From positions 30,814,001 through 30,847,000 of the forward strand of contig OZ286473.1 in assembly GCA_965644265.1 (NCBI GenBank): 33,000 nt of DNA, written 5' to 3'. The position numbers and the translations under genes are program-made. The stretch's first letter is position 1. Each line of letters starts with the position of its first letter. Below are positions 1 through 11,659 of this stretch, piece after piece. The notes beneath the pieces are model-generated. The model had not been told where the DNA came from. It worked only from the letters and a program-made list of their open reading frames with translations, and did no database searches. The DNA is from Glycera tridactyla. Taxonomy: Eukaryota.

Positions 1-589
1 GCTCTATGGTGAGGCGCTAGACAAGAACTCAATGTGAATAGAGAGGTATTTATACAAAAGGAAACACTACCCAGATAAAACCAAACCAATTTCCTTAATA
101 AAATTTATAATACATCTAGTTCTGAAATTGATGCACTTGGACAATCCAGGGACGTTCACAATGTTTTTGAAAGCGAAAATGTGGAAAAAGGCACAGACCT
201 TTGATGTATCCTGAACTTCATCATGAAAGACATTTCTGACATCAAGTTTGATTTGTTGATGTACTCTACATCATTTCATGAAATAGGTTGAAATTAACTT
301 TTTTCATTTCGATCTCGTTCTAGATCTCCACACCAGAAATTCAACAGACTCGCTGCCAATGCTAGTGCCACCCATCATCATCATCACTCTACCTCAATGT
401 TACAATTATATGTACATCATTTCAGAGTCATATCATATTTCGTTGATTTACTTGTTCTGATAATTTGTAATTCATTGATACCACTGAAACGCTCATTCAC
501 CTTAACTTGACTCCACTATCTTCTAATCTGACTGACATTCTGACTGAAAATGTTGCCATGTGATGTAACAGAATTATTGACAAGATAAT

Positions 590-775
590 AACGAAGATCT
601 CCAAGCATCCTGATGCTCTCGTGATGATCGTGACCTAATTAGAATGATGTCTTTCTACCAAGTAGCTGTCTCATTAATCAGTAGAGATAAGGAGAGTCTG
701 GTGAGGAGCTTATATTCTGTCATTATAACATCGATGATTAGACGCTAGTAGCAGCTAAATTTGATGTCACATATT
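590..775 (-). pseudogene. Diverged paralog of 18715-18885 (part of the TRIM-like relic family)
   Basis: Shares long near-identical tracts with 18715-18885 in the same orientation (gagtctggtgag.agcttata; gatgattagac.ctagtagcagctaaatt). No open frame. Confidence 0.4.
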
Positions 776-942
776 TGTGATGCTTATCACTCAAACGACC
801 TTTTTCCATCAAGCCTAGACTAACTCCTACCAACTGCCTCAACCGAACCAAAGGATATCCGAAGAAACTTTTGTGACTAATAATATGATGATAGATAAAT
901 CGTGTCACCGTTTGATGATGATACTGATGTTCATTATCATGA

Positions 943-1254
943 NNNNNNNNNNNNNNNNNNNNNNNNNNNNNNNNNNNNNNNNNNNNNNNNNNNNNNNNNN
1001 NNNNNNNNNNNNNNNNNNNNNNNNNNNNNNNNNNNNNNNNNNNNNNNNNNNNNNNNNNNNNNNNNNNNNNNNNNNNNNNNNNNNNNNNNNNNNNNNNNNN
1101 NNNNNNNNNNNNNNNNNNNNNNNNNNNNNNNNNNNNNNNNNNNNNNNNNNNNNNNNNNNNNNNNNNNNNNNNNNNNNNNNNNNNNNNNNNNNNNNNNNNN
1201 NNNNNNNNNNNNNNNNNNNNNNNNNNNNNNNNNNNNNNNNNNNNNNNNNNNNNN
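943..1254. other. Assembly gap (312 N)
   Basis: Run of N flanked by GAT/AAT-rich simple sequence. Confidence 1.
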
Positions 1255-1819
1255 TAGTAAAAGTAATAATCACAATGATGATAATACTGCTAATAACAAT
1301 AAAAATAAATGCAATAATCGTGACCGAGAAAATAGTTAAGACGATGATCTGATTATATGCACAGTAATCACTATTTCCCCCATCCACCAATTTATTGGAT
1401 TTATCGATTAGCATGTTATTGTACTATGGGGCAAAAGTTTGGAGGAGGACCTTCCTGTTCTGCTAGGTGGATTGAAATTCTACCCATGAACACAACTGTC
1501 TTCCATACATTGATACCATTATGAAATGAACAAAGACCGACGTGTACAGTATCGTATAGTGTGCTGTATTATGATGTTGAGGATATTACAGAGGAGTATG
1601 TTGAGTAGATGTTTTCAAAGGTTTCTGTAATGTGCTGCACTCCTGTAAGAATCTGTAATCCTGAATGTATGGTGTTGAAGAAACAGTGGCTTCTATGGTC
1701 CTGTGAGCCTCCTGAATGTTGTCTGTGCTCTGGAGAAAGAACAAACGAGAATGGAAGAAGAAGTGAAAAGACGGGGTGCGAGAGCAAGACAAACGAATAG
1801 ATGTCAAAATGAGATCAAA

Positions 1820-2540
1820 TGAGTTCAAAACTGGAAGTGAATGAGTGAGAAGGAGAGAGGAATGTGAGAGCTTGAGTGAGCAAAAGAAAAGGAGTCAGTG
1901 AGAACAGAGAAAGTGAGAGAAAGTGGTGAATATGAGTCAAAGAGATAAGGAGGGCAGATATGGTTACAGAAAAGCAGAGATAAAAAGGCACAAAAGTGGA
2001 TGTGTGGAAAGTTGCAGCTGATTCAGCATAGTGCGTAGATCGGTGGATGGCAGCTATTGCTTTATTTAGTGGCATGACCTGACATGACATGACCTATTAG
2101 TTTGCATCATAGATGAGAAGGTTGCACCATATTTTAACCAACAGTCATTATAGTAATTGTGCCTCATGCAAAGACTGACGGTCACTGATCGAAGTACTAT
2201 TAGCATATTTTCTCTGCTTTGTCTTGCAGCACATATATGTCTGACCAGGTCTGCCTGTGTCTGCTTCATGTCCGTATTTATCTATATGCTTGTCCAAATG
2301 TTCATTAATTTGTTTGTCTCTCTTAGATGTGTCCATATACCAGGGCTTGTGGGTGAGTCTGCCTTTTCACATCTACATAGCCATTGATTGTATGTCTATA
2401 TGATATCCTATCGATCATGTGTTGATATCTATTTCCGACAGCATGCATTCTTCGTCTTTCAACCTTCCAATGGCAGAGATATATCAAAATGGAAAGCAAC
2501 AACAGTTTCACGTTGTTTTGTATAGTTTGAACCATATTCA
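1820..2540 (-). pseudogene. Decayed TRIM-like (B-box/coiled-coil) relic; inverted diverged paralog of 6570-7600
   Basis: Its reverse complement aligns by eye with 7050-7600 (gcatgaggcacaatta.tataatgactgttggttaaaa.atggtgcaac; gcaatagctgccatccac). Fragmentary frames read KRDKQINEHLDKHIDK and QADLVRHICAARQSRENMLIVL, which are coiled-coil-like. Many stops and frameshifts. Confidence 0.45.
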
Positions 2541-3036
2541 CCTAATAGGTTATACACTTACTTCTCTACATACGTAGTTACTCCCTCACTCACTCACTCA
2601 CTCACTGGCTCACCCACCAACTCACTGACTTTCAGCACAACCACCAAAACACCCACGCACAGAGTTGATTAACAATTAATACATCCACTCATTTACTCAC
2701 TGACTCACTCAAAACAATCCATGAACAGTTTGACACTGGCTGATTGAATTTGAATAATGGACTGACTGTAACTGATTGTCTAACCTACTGGCCTTTTCAT
2801 ACATTATTGGGGATTCAGGCTCCGATCATTCTTATACTTGAAGTTGTTGAGGCGCAAGAATCGCCGAATCTCCCTCCCACTACTACAACTTTATCCCACA
2901 TGACAATCAGCTACATAGTAGGAACATCCGATGTACAAAAACAAATGAAACATGTCCAATTTAGTGAGTGCAAACTCATTCACAATCATGTGTGCATGGT
3001 TGGGTATGCTCACTGTATATCCTGTTATCAGTAGGA

Positions 3037-3480
3037 TTTGTTTGTTTGTTTCTTTGTTTGTTTGAGGTTTAACGGCATGTATCAACCCACAGGATTATGT
3101 ATGCCATGTGTTCCTGGTCAATGAAAGCTAGTTGTTCTCTCCCCTGCAGACATCACTCTCACAAACCCTGGACACAAGATGATGGGGAACCTAAAAGGTT
3201 GTCAAGTGGAAGTAGCTGACAGTTCAGACACACCTCTACCTACTCTCATGAACAAAGTGAATCTGATGATGGCATATCTAACTATGTAACTGGCTGGAAG
3301 CTAACACTCAAGCCTGATAGCAATGTTTTTTTTTTGCAAAGCGCAGCACTTGACACTAGGAAAAGCATTAGATTCGGAGAATACTCGACCAATGTGTTCA
3401 ATCACAAACTGTGAACTTCAAGTCAGTTTTACAATCATGGTATGTCCTATGCTTGCAGTACAATGCCATCACACAACCTA
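3037..3480 (-). mobile_element. Interspersed repeat family C, copy 1 (probable SINE or non-LTR 3' end with (AAAC)n tail on the minus strand)
   Basis: Begins with (GTTT)n-gaggtttaacggcatgtatc on the + strand. Homologous copies lie at about 5443, 15358, 23780, 25752, 28381 and, inverted, 31340-31725. Confidence 0.55.
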
Positions 3481-4253
3481 GTAACCTAGTCGCAGCCCTA
3501 GTAACCCAGAACTGGTGTGCCTAGTACCTGCTTTTTGCATGGTGACAATATCTACTACAGGCAAACCGTCAGCTACCTACACCTGAGACCATTTCACTGA
3601 AGAGATAAGAAAGAGCTTAGAGGGATAGGAAAGAGGAAGAGAAAGAAATCTGGTGATAGTGTAATTTTGGTAGAAAATGCCTAAAGACAGATGATAGAGA
3701 ATTTTGAAGGTATGTTTTCATTGAACCCCCCACTCCAAAAGATATTGAGAAGAAGAGAAGGGATGATGCTACACCTAGGCCACATCATCTCCGATGGCAA
3801 CATTTCAAAGAAAAAGCCCCGCGCCCATTTGTGGCTGCCATCTATAGAGACCCTGGACTCCCACCCTCCCCCCTGTAATCAGTAGGAAATTTGCTGTTGT
3901 TGATAATAACACAAACATCAACACTTGATCTATGGTGACATGGTACATGCATGAAAAGGAATAACTGCTGATTAAGGTAGACAATCTATCAAGAATATGA
4001 GATAAAATATTGGATAGGAGAGAAATGTATCCTTTGGATAATTGACAGACATAAAGTGACGAATGATGTGGACGGTGTCCCTAATATAATCATGTATCTC
4101 TGCTCAATCATAATCATCAGTAAACTAAGGTGTTCATATGGTTATATTTCAGCATTTCATCCCATGCTTAGTCATGATGATGTCTCTATCTCCCCGGTCT
4201 CATCACCCCGAATCAATTTGGATGATGTTCTCTCTACTTCAATAACCCTATCA

Positions 4254-4255
<2 letters not shown>

Positions 4256-4286
<31 letters not shown>
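4256..4286. repeat. (TA)n microsatellite
   Basis: Direct reading. Confidence 0.95.
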
Positions 4287-4290
<4 letters not shown>

Positions 4291-4349
4291 CAGTCGTTCA
4301 TTGCGCATATGTCAGTCCTATCCCATAGAATGTACCCTCAGGCCACCTA

Positions 4350-5260
4350 TCATGGTGTCATTCCATATGTGGCCAGGTCTCATGGAATGCTTAGCTGCAT
4401 GAAACAATTCTGAAGTGTAATAGAATAAAATTGCAATTGAAAGAAGTTTCTTCAATACCCGGGGCATTCTCTCTATGGTGGAATGTCCCTGTTCTATTAG
4501 AATGGGTCTGCAATCATTTAGCATCGTCATGCATCCCCAGAATTTACCCGACCAATCTTTCCCGATAATTTCTTCTCCATCTTTTCAGATGCAAATGTCA
4601 TTCTCATTTTAATCTAATCGGCATCACTTCAGCTCATACGTTTGCTTGAGTAGATGAGTGATGTTGCCATTGTGGTTTTCCACCTACCAGCATTGTTACA
4701 CATTGGTTGCAGACAGAGTTCAGATTGGTGACCAGCATGAACAAGGATGCCATTAATCACCACGCCTTCACCATTATATAGATCTACAGTCAAACCTACT
4801 CTAGTGACCACCTCTCTACAAAGACCATCTATCTATAAAGTCCAATCTAAACTTCGACCGTAGTAGTATTTTGAACAGGAAATAACCTCCCTATGAAGAC
4901 CACCTGTCTGTAAACGCCACTTTTTGTGTGACCGAAGGTGGTCTATATAGACAGGTTCGACTGTATATTATCAGCACCCTTCTCCAAAGAGGCAATTCTG
5001 TGGGTGGGTATATGACTGCAAACTATACCACTTGATTCAGTGGGCATGTATGACATGACTAGCATACTCGCGAATGAATGAAACTTATGAACAAGTGTCT
5101 ACCAGTACATTACAGTTACGAGAGCTACATTGCTATATATTCCTGGAACGCTGTAGCTACGAGGGAAACACCGAGAGTGGCTCTTTCGTCAATCAATGTC
5201 GATGGAATCTACTGGGAAATCAACATCAAAGTTTTGCACTCAGGAATAGAATCACAATAG
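4350..5260 (-). pseudogene. Possible decayed NACHT/NLR NTPase relic, interrupted by a MITE
   Basis: Degenerate Walker A-like PECKTL (5227-5244). Walker B-like RVLII..DLY about 82 codons downstream once the MITE is removed (needs a 1-nt shift). HD1-like MPRVL..LL..TSELF at about 4400-4470. Motif order and spacing fit NACHT, but key residues are mutated. Confidence 0.3.
4787..4963. mobile_element. MITE, Tc1/mariner-type non-autonomous element (177 bp)
   Basis: TA on both flanks. Imperfect ~27-bp TIRs: cagtcaaaccta...gaccacct on the left, aggtggtc...aggttcgactg on the right. Related copies at 27793-27970 and 32661-32710. Confidence 0.85.
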
Positions 5261-5442
5261 TCATTGCTATAATTGTCATAACATCAATGAACATTTTATT
5301 GTCGAATTGCTTGTTAATTGCTGTATATCGCCTATATGATATCATTAGTAAAAAGTATTGTCATTGTCATTTGTATACATGGGACGCCATGCGATTTGTT
5401 GTATTTATTAGATAGAGAAAGGTCTTTGAATACTATATACGG

Positions 5443-5690
5443 CTGAACACAAGATGATGAGGAGCCTGAAAGATTGTCAAGTAAAGTAGGTGACAGTTCA
5501 AATGCACCTCTACCTACTCAACATGAACAAACAATATCTAATGGTGGCATCTCCTCCTTTGTAACCGGCTGATAGCTGACACTCACGCCTGATGGCAATT
5601 CTTTCTTTCTTTTTATCAATGCGCAGCACTTGAAACAAGGAAAGCATCAAATTAGGTATGAAAACACACCGCAGAATATTTGACCTTGTA
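5443..5690 (-). mobile_element. Repeat family C, copy 2 (internal fragment)
   Basis: Aligns with 3170-3390 (gaacacaagatgatg; cctctacctactc; gcgcagcacttga). Confidence 0.6.
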
Positions 5691-5739
5691 GAAAGTATAC
5701 TTGTGATGAGAAACTCCATGGAGTCAGGCTAGGCCTTGG

Positions 5740-6195
5740 AACATCACATTGCAGTGTGATTGTCCTTTGCGAAGCCTTTATGAAGTCTGGCCAGGACAAG
5801 GGCTCAACCTAATTGAAAAAAGTTATTCTGTCGTTGTGAGAAACGGGTATGCCACAGGTCTAAACGTCAGTGCAGACCCTATTGAAAGGAGAACCTGGTT
5901 AAAAGAGTGGGCAATTCGTTGGCTACACACTTCAGAACAAAATACAATAGAAAGATGGAGTAACCACACTCATGGACAGGCTCTCACCATAGTGACGCCA
6001 CGACAAGAAAGATATATAAAAAATCCCCAACAGATTGACCAATCATTCAGAGTGTTAGGAGAGAGAATGAGAAGAGAGCAGCTTCCAGTAATTACATTAC
6101 AGCTGAAGAGATATATAGACATGGAGTGTCTCTTGACCTAAATGCAACATTCAAACAGACAGCTTTGTCATATATGCGATCCCTCTGCACACATG
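5740..6195 (+). pseudogene. Decayed TRIM-like B-box plus coiled-coil relic
   Basis: One frame gives KLFCRCEKRVCH (5820-5855, B-box-like), then IIQSVRRENEK and TALSYMRSLCTHG (6159-6197, like a coiled-coil end), with in-frame stops. It runs into a GGT microsatellite. Confidence 0.4.
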
Positions 6196-6445
6196 GTTGT
6201 GGTGGTGTTGATGGTGATGGTAGATGTGGTGATGATGGTGGAGGTGGTGGCGGTGTTGGTGTTGGTGGTGTTGGTGATTATGGTGGTGGTTGTGATGATG
6301 GTTTTGGTGGTGGTGGTAGTGGTGGTCTTGTTGTTGTTGGTGGTGGTGGGATGGTAGTGCTAGTGGTGGTGGTGTTGTTGTTGGTCGTGGTGGTAGAGGT
6401 GGTGGTGGTGGTGGTGGTGGTGGTGGTGGCGGAGGTGGTGGTGAT
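6194..6445. repeat. (GGT)n/(GAT)n imperfect trinucleotide microsatellite
   Basis: Direct reading. It explains the poly-G/V/P/H ORFs at 6126-6483. Confidence 0.95.
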
Positions 6446-6569
6446 GGGAGAGGCGATCTATCTTTGAGGAGTATACAAATCATGAAAACAGCACCCTTGT
6501 CACATACAATGAGCTCACATTCGCGTCTGAGTATTGAGAGAGTTTTGAAGTAGAGCCATTTCCCTCAAT

Positions 6570-7310
6570 TACTTTCACATCAAGTTGCCTTTTCTATCAG
6601 ATTTGCAGACGGGAAGATCAACCAAAAGCGCTGTTGGGATGGTTTTCCGTATAACCTTGGTTACCTCTGTGGTGCTTGAAGGATAACAGTGGGGGTCGCA
6701 TTGTTGCACCTATAAACACCATGAGTAGATAATCAACTAACAGATGTTCAGTTAACATCTGACTTCATATCACATGACCCTCAATCGTATACAAAGTTCT
6801 GTACACCAAGTAAGTGTTGTACTGGAAAAAACCGCAAGTGGTGTTGTACCGAACAAATACAACATACAACTTTGTGCACTAGCCCAAGGGTGGTGCTGTA
6901 CTGGGGAATATAGGAAGTTATCCTATGTACTAGCCCAATTCTGATATTCACCTGTTACTGAGAGTATCGGATAATCACATATCTTAATCCCAAAATGTGT
7001 TGGCAGACAGACAAAGCAAATAGCAGACCATGGAAAAAGAAACTGGAGGGAGATGGAGGTGAATAAGATGCGGAGATACTCGGGAACAGAGTGATATGTT
7101 CGTCCAGTCAGAGCATGGAAGAGAAATTAATAGTGTCTTTATCAGTATCCGTCAGTCATTGCATGAGGCACAATTAGTATAATGACTGTTGGTTAAAACA
7201 TGGTGCAACATTCTCATCTTTTATGCAAACTAACAGCCCCTATGATTAGGCTATACTGCTGAATAATGCAATAGCTGCCATCCACTGATTCACCTAATGT
7301 GCCGGGTTTG
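6570..7310 (+). pseudogene. Decayed TRIM-like RING / B-box / coiled-coil relic (duplicated at about 8820-9560)
   Basis: QICRREDQPKAL (6598-6633) and LWCLKD (6667-6684) are in one frame with a TAA at 6652. This resembles RING C-x-I-C...P-K-x-L...C-L. It is followed by VQLTSDF and coiled-coil-like SMEEKLIVSL in other frames. Confidence 0.45.
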
Positions 7311-7789
7311 CTGCAGTTGGCCTCTCATCTGCCTTTTTATCTCTGTGCTTCTCTGATTTTCTCTTATGAATCCCTGCCCCTTTATTTCTCTCTCACTCTT
7401 GCTTACCGGTTCATCTCTCACACTCTCTTCCACTGACTATCTCTGTTTTGATCACTCGTGCTTTCTCATTCTACTCGCTTTTTCATGCTCTCTCATTCTA
7501 CTCGCTTTCTCACTCACTCACTCACACACTCACTCCCAAACTTTCACTCACTCATTCTCTCTGTTTTGCGCTTCCTGTCTATCAGAGAGAGACGTGGACG
7601 ATGGGTTCAATTTTAAAGTACATAAGCAAATGTTCTTATGATGCTTGTATTGGTTGTGAACATGAGCTGGACTCAGGCGAAGGACATTGGTGAGTTCTTC
7701 TTGGTTCAAATGAAAAGTGGAATGATATAGAATTCTCAGACATGCAAGATATCATTGCGGGCCAAGTGCAATACAATATCCTAACTCAA

Positions 7790-8410
7790 GTACATTGTTT
7801 TGCAGGCAAGCATAGCCTTCAGGCATTAGTGTCAGTCTCTGGGAAGCTACATCGTTAGAGCTGTCGCATTTAGCTTCATCTATGTTATGTAAGGAGGGCA
7901 TTGTAGCGATGTATGTTCTGACAGTTAGCTCTACTTGACAAATGTTTCTGTCCCTCATCGTCTGTGTAATGGGTCTGTAAAAGTGACGCCAGTGGGAAAC
8001 AAAACATCTAGCACTCATAGATCTTGAACACATGGCAGCCATGAGCTCATTTGAAGTATGTTCGTTTTGCTTGTTGCCTACTGCCCTGAAGGTAGTCATT
8101 TCCTTGATGAATTGAAGTTTTGATAAGTGCTCAATTATGTTGACACAGAGTGATACTTGCAGAAAACAAAGCTTCTGACACTCATGGATCTCGAACACAT
8201 GACAGTCGTGAGCTCATTCGAAATTTGTTCATTCTTTCTTGTCATCTACTGCTCTGAAGAAAGTCATTATTTCCTGGATCAATTGAAATTATATTGAATG
8301 GTTCGCTCATGTTGATGTAATCTGGCGCTTGCAGGGAACAAAGCACCCATAGTACTCATGGGCCTTGAACATATAACAGTCGTGAGCTTATTCGAACTTG
8401 GTTCATTTTT
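7790..8410 (+). pseudogene. Decayed ribonuclease-inhibitor-type LRR array (NLR-like C-terminus)
   Basis: LELSHLASSMLCKEGIVAM (from 7855) fits LxxLxLxxNxLxxxGxxxL, and the next motif starts 28 codons later. HLALIDLEH-type units recur at 167-174 nt spacing, equal to two 28-29 aa LRRs. Multiple stops. Confidence 0.55.
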
Positions 8411-8581
8411 TATTCTTGATGATGATTCATATAAGCATCACGACTAACCCAACTTATTTTATATAAGTACAGTGATGAACACCTGATTTGATGAATCCGA
8501 CCAAAGGTTGCAGCTGAAAAAACAGACCTTCAGAGTCTGACCACATAAAGTTTTTTATCGTCGAATCGCTTGTTAATTGCT

Positions 8582-11358
8582 GTGGTCTTGTTGTTGTTGG
8601 TGGTGGTGGTGGGATGGTAGTGCTAGTGGTGGTGGTGTTGTTGGTGGTCGTGGTGGTAGAGGTGGTGGTTGTGGTGGTGGTGGTAGCGGCGGAGGTGGTG
8701 TGGTGGTGATGCGAGAGGCGATCTATCTTTGAGGAGTATACAAATCATGAAAACAGCACCCTTGTCACATACAATGAGCTCACATTCGCGTCTGAGTATT
8801 GAGGGAGTTTTGAAGTAGAGCCGTTTCCCTCAATTACTTTTACATCAAGTTGCCTTTTCTATCAGATTTGCAGACGGGAAGATCGACCAAAAACGTTGTT
8901 GGGATGGTTTTCCGTAAAACCTTGGTTACCTCTGTGGTGCTTGAAGGATAACAGTGGGGGTCGCATTGTTGCACCTATAAACACCATGAGTAGATAATCA
9001 ACTAAAAGATGTTCAGTTAACATCTGACTTCATATCACATGACCCTCAATCGTATACAAAGTTCTGTACACCAAGTAAGTGTTGTACTGGAAAAAAACCG
9101 CAAGTGGTGTTGTACCGAACAAATACAACATACAACTTTGTGCAGTAGCCCAAGGGTGGTGCTGTACTTGGGAATATAGGAAGTTATCCTATGTACTAGC
9201 CCAATTCTGATATTCACCTGTAACTGAGAGTATCGGATAATCACATATCTTAATCCCAAAATGTGTTGGCCGACAGACAAATCAAATAGCAGACCATGGA
9301 AAAAGAAAATGGATGGAGATGGAAGTGAAGAAGATGCGGTGATACTCGGGAACAGAGCGATATGTTCGTCCAGTCAGAGCATGGAAGATAAATTAATAGT
9401 GTCTTTATCAGTATCCGTCCGTCATTGCAGGAGGCACAATTAGTATAATGACTGTTGGTTAAAACATGGTGCAACATTCTCATCTCTTATGCAAACTAAC
9501 AGCCCCTATGATTAGGTTATACTGCTGAATAATGCAATAGCTGCCATCCACTGATTCACCTAATGTGCCGGGTTTGCTGCAGTTGGCCTCTCATCTGCCT
9601 TTTTATCTCTGTGCTTCTCTGATTTTCTCTTATGAATCCCTGCCCCTTTATTTCTCTCTCACTCTCGCTTACCCGTTCATCTCTCACACTCTCTTCCACT
9701 GACTATCTCTGATTTGATCACTCATGCTTTCTCATTCTTCTCGCTTTTTCATGCTCTCTCATTCTACTCGCTTTCTCACTCACTCACTCACACACTCACT
9801 CACTCCCAAACTTTCACTCACTCATTCACTCTGTTTTGCGCTTCCTGTCTATCAGAGAGAGACGTGGACGATGGGTTCAATTTCAAAGTACATGAGCAAA
9901 TGTTCTTATAATGCTTGTATTGGTTGTGAACATGAGCTGGACCATGAAAGAAGAGGGAAGGAATAACCGCGAGCCAATTTTATGAGGTACCTCCTGGGGT
10001 GATCTGAGAGATGCCGTAGCAAGATGGTCATCCTTTGGGGCCATGATGAATGCCGGCAGGGCAAAATTAGGTCACCACAACACAGCGAATATATGGCAAT
10101 AACAACCTCCCCGTGATAGCCCAGGAAGTGATCATGATTTCCTCGGGAGATCCGCAACCCACTCTCATCTGAAAGGAAATTAGTGTCCAGTTATTCACCG
10201 TGTAGTCAACATGTGTGGGTTGAATTAGATGCAATCCCCTCGAAAATCGGACCAGTAGGGCAATAGTTATGAAGATTCCAAGAAGAAATTACAGGTGGCA
10301 ACCAGTGAAAAAGGTAGAGAAAAATCCTGTTTTCAACTTGCTCAAAGTGTATGATGGAGGTGTTTGTAGAAGTTTATATTGAGATATGTTTTAGAGAATA
10401 TTCTTGTCAACCCATGGTATTTCTCTCATGACTTGCGAAAGTGAGCGAAACCAAGTTTTGGGGAAGAATTCACCTGTAGATTTAGCTCATATATGACATG
10501 GCTAAAGAGCGGGAACACAGAGGATGCAAGGAGTGCGTGCTTCAGCTGACCACAGGGAGGGCGAGTATCACAGGGTGACCTCCCATGGAGAGGTGTCAGT
10601 TACAATGTAAGCTGGTCCCTTTTGATATGAGCGGGCGGTCATTCCTCCCTCCTCTTCTTTCATGGCTGGACTCAGGCGAAGGACATTGGTAAGTTCTTCT
10701 TGGTTCGAATGAAAAGTGGAATGATATAGAATTCTCAGACATGCAAGATATCATTGCGGGCCAAGTGCAATACAATATCCTAACTCAAGTACATTGTTTT
10801 GCAGGCAAGCATTGCCTTCAGGCATTAGTGTCAGTCTCTGGGAAGCTACATCGTTAGAGCTGTCGCATTTAGCTTCATCTATGTTATGTAAGGAGGGCAT
10901 TGTAGCGATGTATGTTCTGACAGTTAGCTCTACTTGACAAATGTTTCTGTCCCTCATCGTCTGTGTAATGGGTCTGTAAAAGTGACGCCAGTGGGAAACA
11001 AAACATCTAGCACTCATAGATCTTGAACACATGGCAGCCATGAGCTCATTTGAAGTATGTTCGTTTTGCTTGTTGCCTACTGCCCTGAAGGTAGTCATTT
11101 CCTGGATGAATTGAAGTTTTAATAAGGGCTCAATTATGTTGACACATGACAGTCATGAGCTCATTCGAAATTTGTTCATTCTTTCCTGTCATCTACTGCT
11201 CTGAAGAAAGTCATTATTTCCTGGACCAATTGAAATTATATTGAATGGTTCGCTCATGTTGATGTAATCTGGCGCTTGCAGGGAACAAAGCACCCATAGT
11301 ACTCATGGGCCTTGAACATATGACAGTCGTGAGCTTATTCGAACTTGGTTCATTTTTT
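8582..11358 (+). repeat. Recent tandem segmental duplication, copy 2
   Basis: Matches 6322-8411, with a 722-bp insertion and a ~52-bp deletion near 11150 that has acac microhomology. Confidence 0.95.
9943..10664. mobile_element. Non-autonomous TIR DNA transposon (722 bp), possibly P superfamily
   Basis: Perfect 14-bp TIR catgaaagaagagg, imperfect out to ~30 bp. The 7-bp TSD gctggac lies at 9936-9942 and 10665-10671. The empty site with a single gctggac is at 7666-7672. No transposase ORF. Confidence 0.9.
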
Positions 11359-11560
11359 CTTGTCATCTACTGCTCTGAAGGTAGTCAGTTCCTGGATCAA
11401 TCAAATCTATATGGAGGAGTTCACTTATGTTAACCTAATGTGATGCTTGCAGAAAACAAATCATCTGGCACTCATAGATCTTGAACATATGGCAGTCGAG
11501 CTCATCTGGAAAATGTGTATCATTCCTTGACATCTACTGCTTTGAAAGTAGTCATTTGGG
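10790..11560 (+). pseudogene. Decayed RI-type LRR array, second and longer copy
   Basis: Paralog of 7790-8410 with an extra ~169-nt unit (cttgaac at 11311 and 11480). Confidence 0.55.
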
Positions 11561-11659
11561 TGTGTGTGTTTTTGCATTTGTGTGTGTGTGTTCGCTTGAA
11601 CTGGTGGTAGCAACCAAGTTGATTGCAGCTTCAATATGATGAGAAATGTCTGCTAATTA

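Larger units (their letters stand above)
6322..8411 (+). repeat. Recent tandem segmental duplication, copy 1
   Basis: Near-identical to 8582-11358 along its length apart from scattered substitutions and small indels. Confidence 0.95.

Noticed and set aside
70-200. Minus-strand IINFIKEIGL resembling the C-terminus of I/Nimb-type LINE ORF2
   Set aside because: Only about 10 matching residues; no upstream zinc knuckle or RT sequence visible.
873-1414. Long ORFs in the track spanning 873-1414 (and 28688-29309)
   Set aside because: Artefacts of N gaps translated as X.
3262-3300. Canonical CTGATGA strings (also near 18553, 19831 and 20755) as further hammerheads
   Set aside because: No stem II followed by GAAA and no cleavage triplet in the right arrangement.
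4400-4620. Death-domain-like GKDW...ILGMHDD on the minus strand
   Set aside because: Needs frameshifts and conflicts with the NACHT reading of the same bases; cannot decide by eye.
5702-5900. TIR-like GLGTSHCSVIVLCEAFMKS
   Set aside because: A short match followed by stops, and an overlapping frame fits a B-box at least as well.
7752-8198. 148-aa minus-strand ORF (and its copy at 10751-11098) as a real gene
   Set aside because: No recognisable domain; it is antisense to the LRR-like relic and is preserved only because the duplication is recent.
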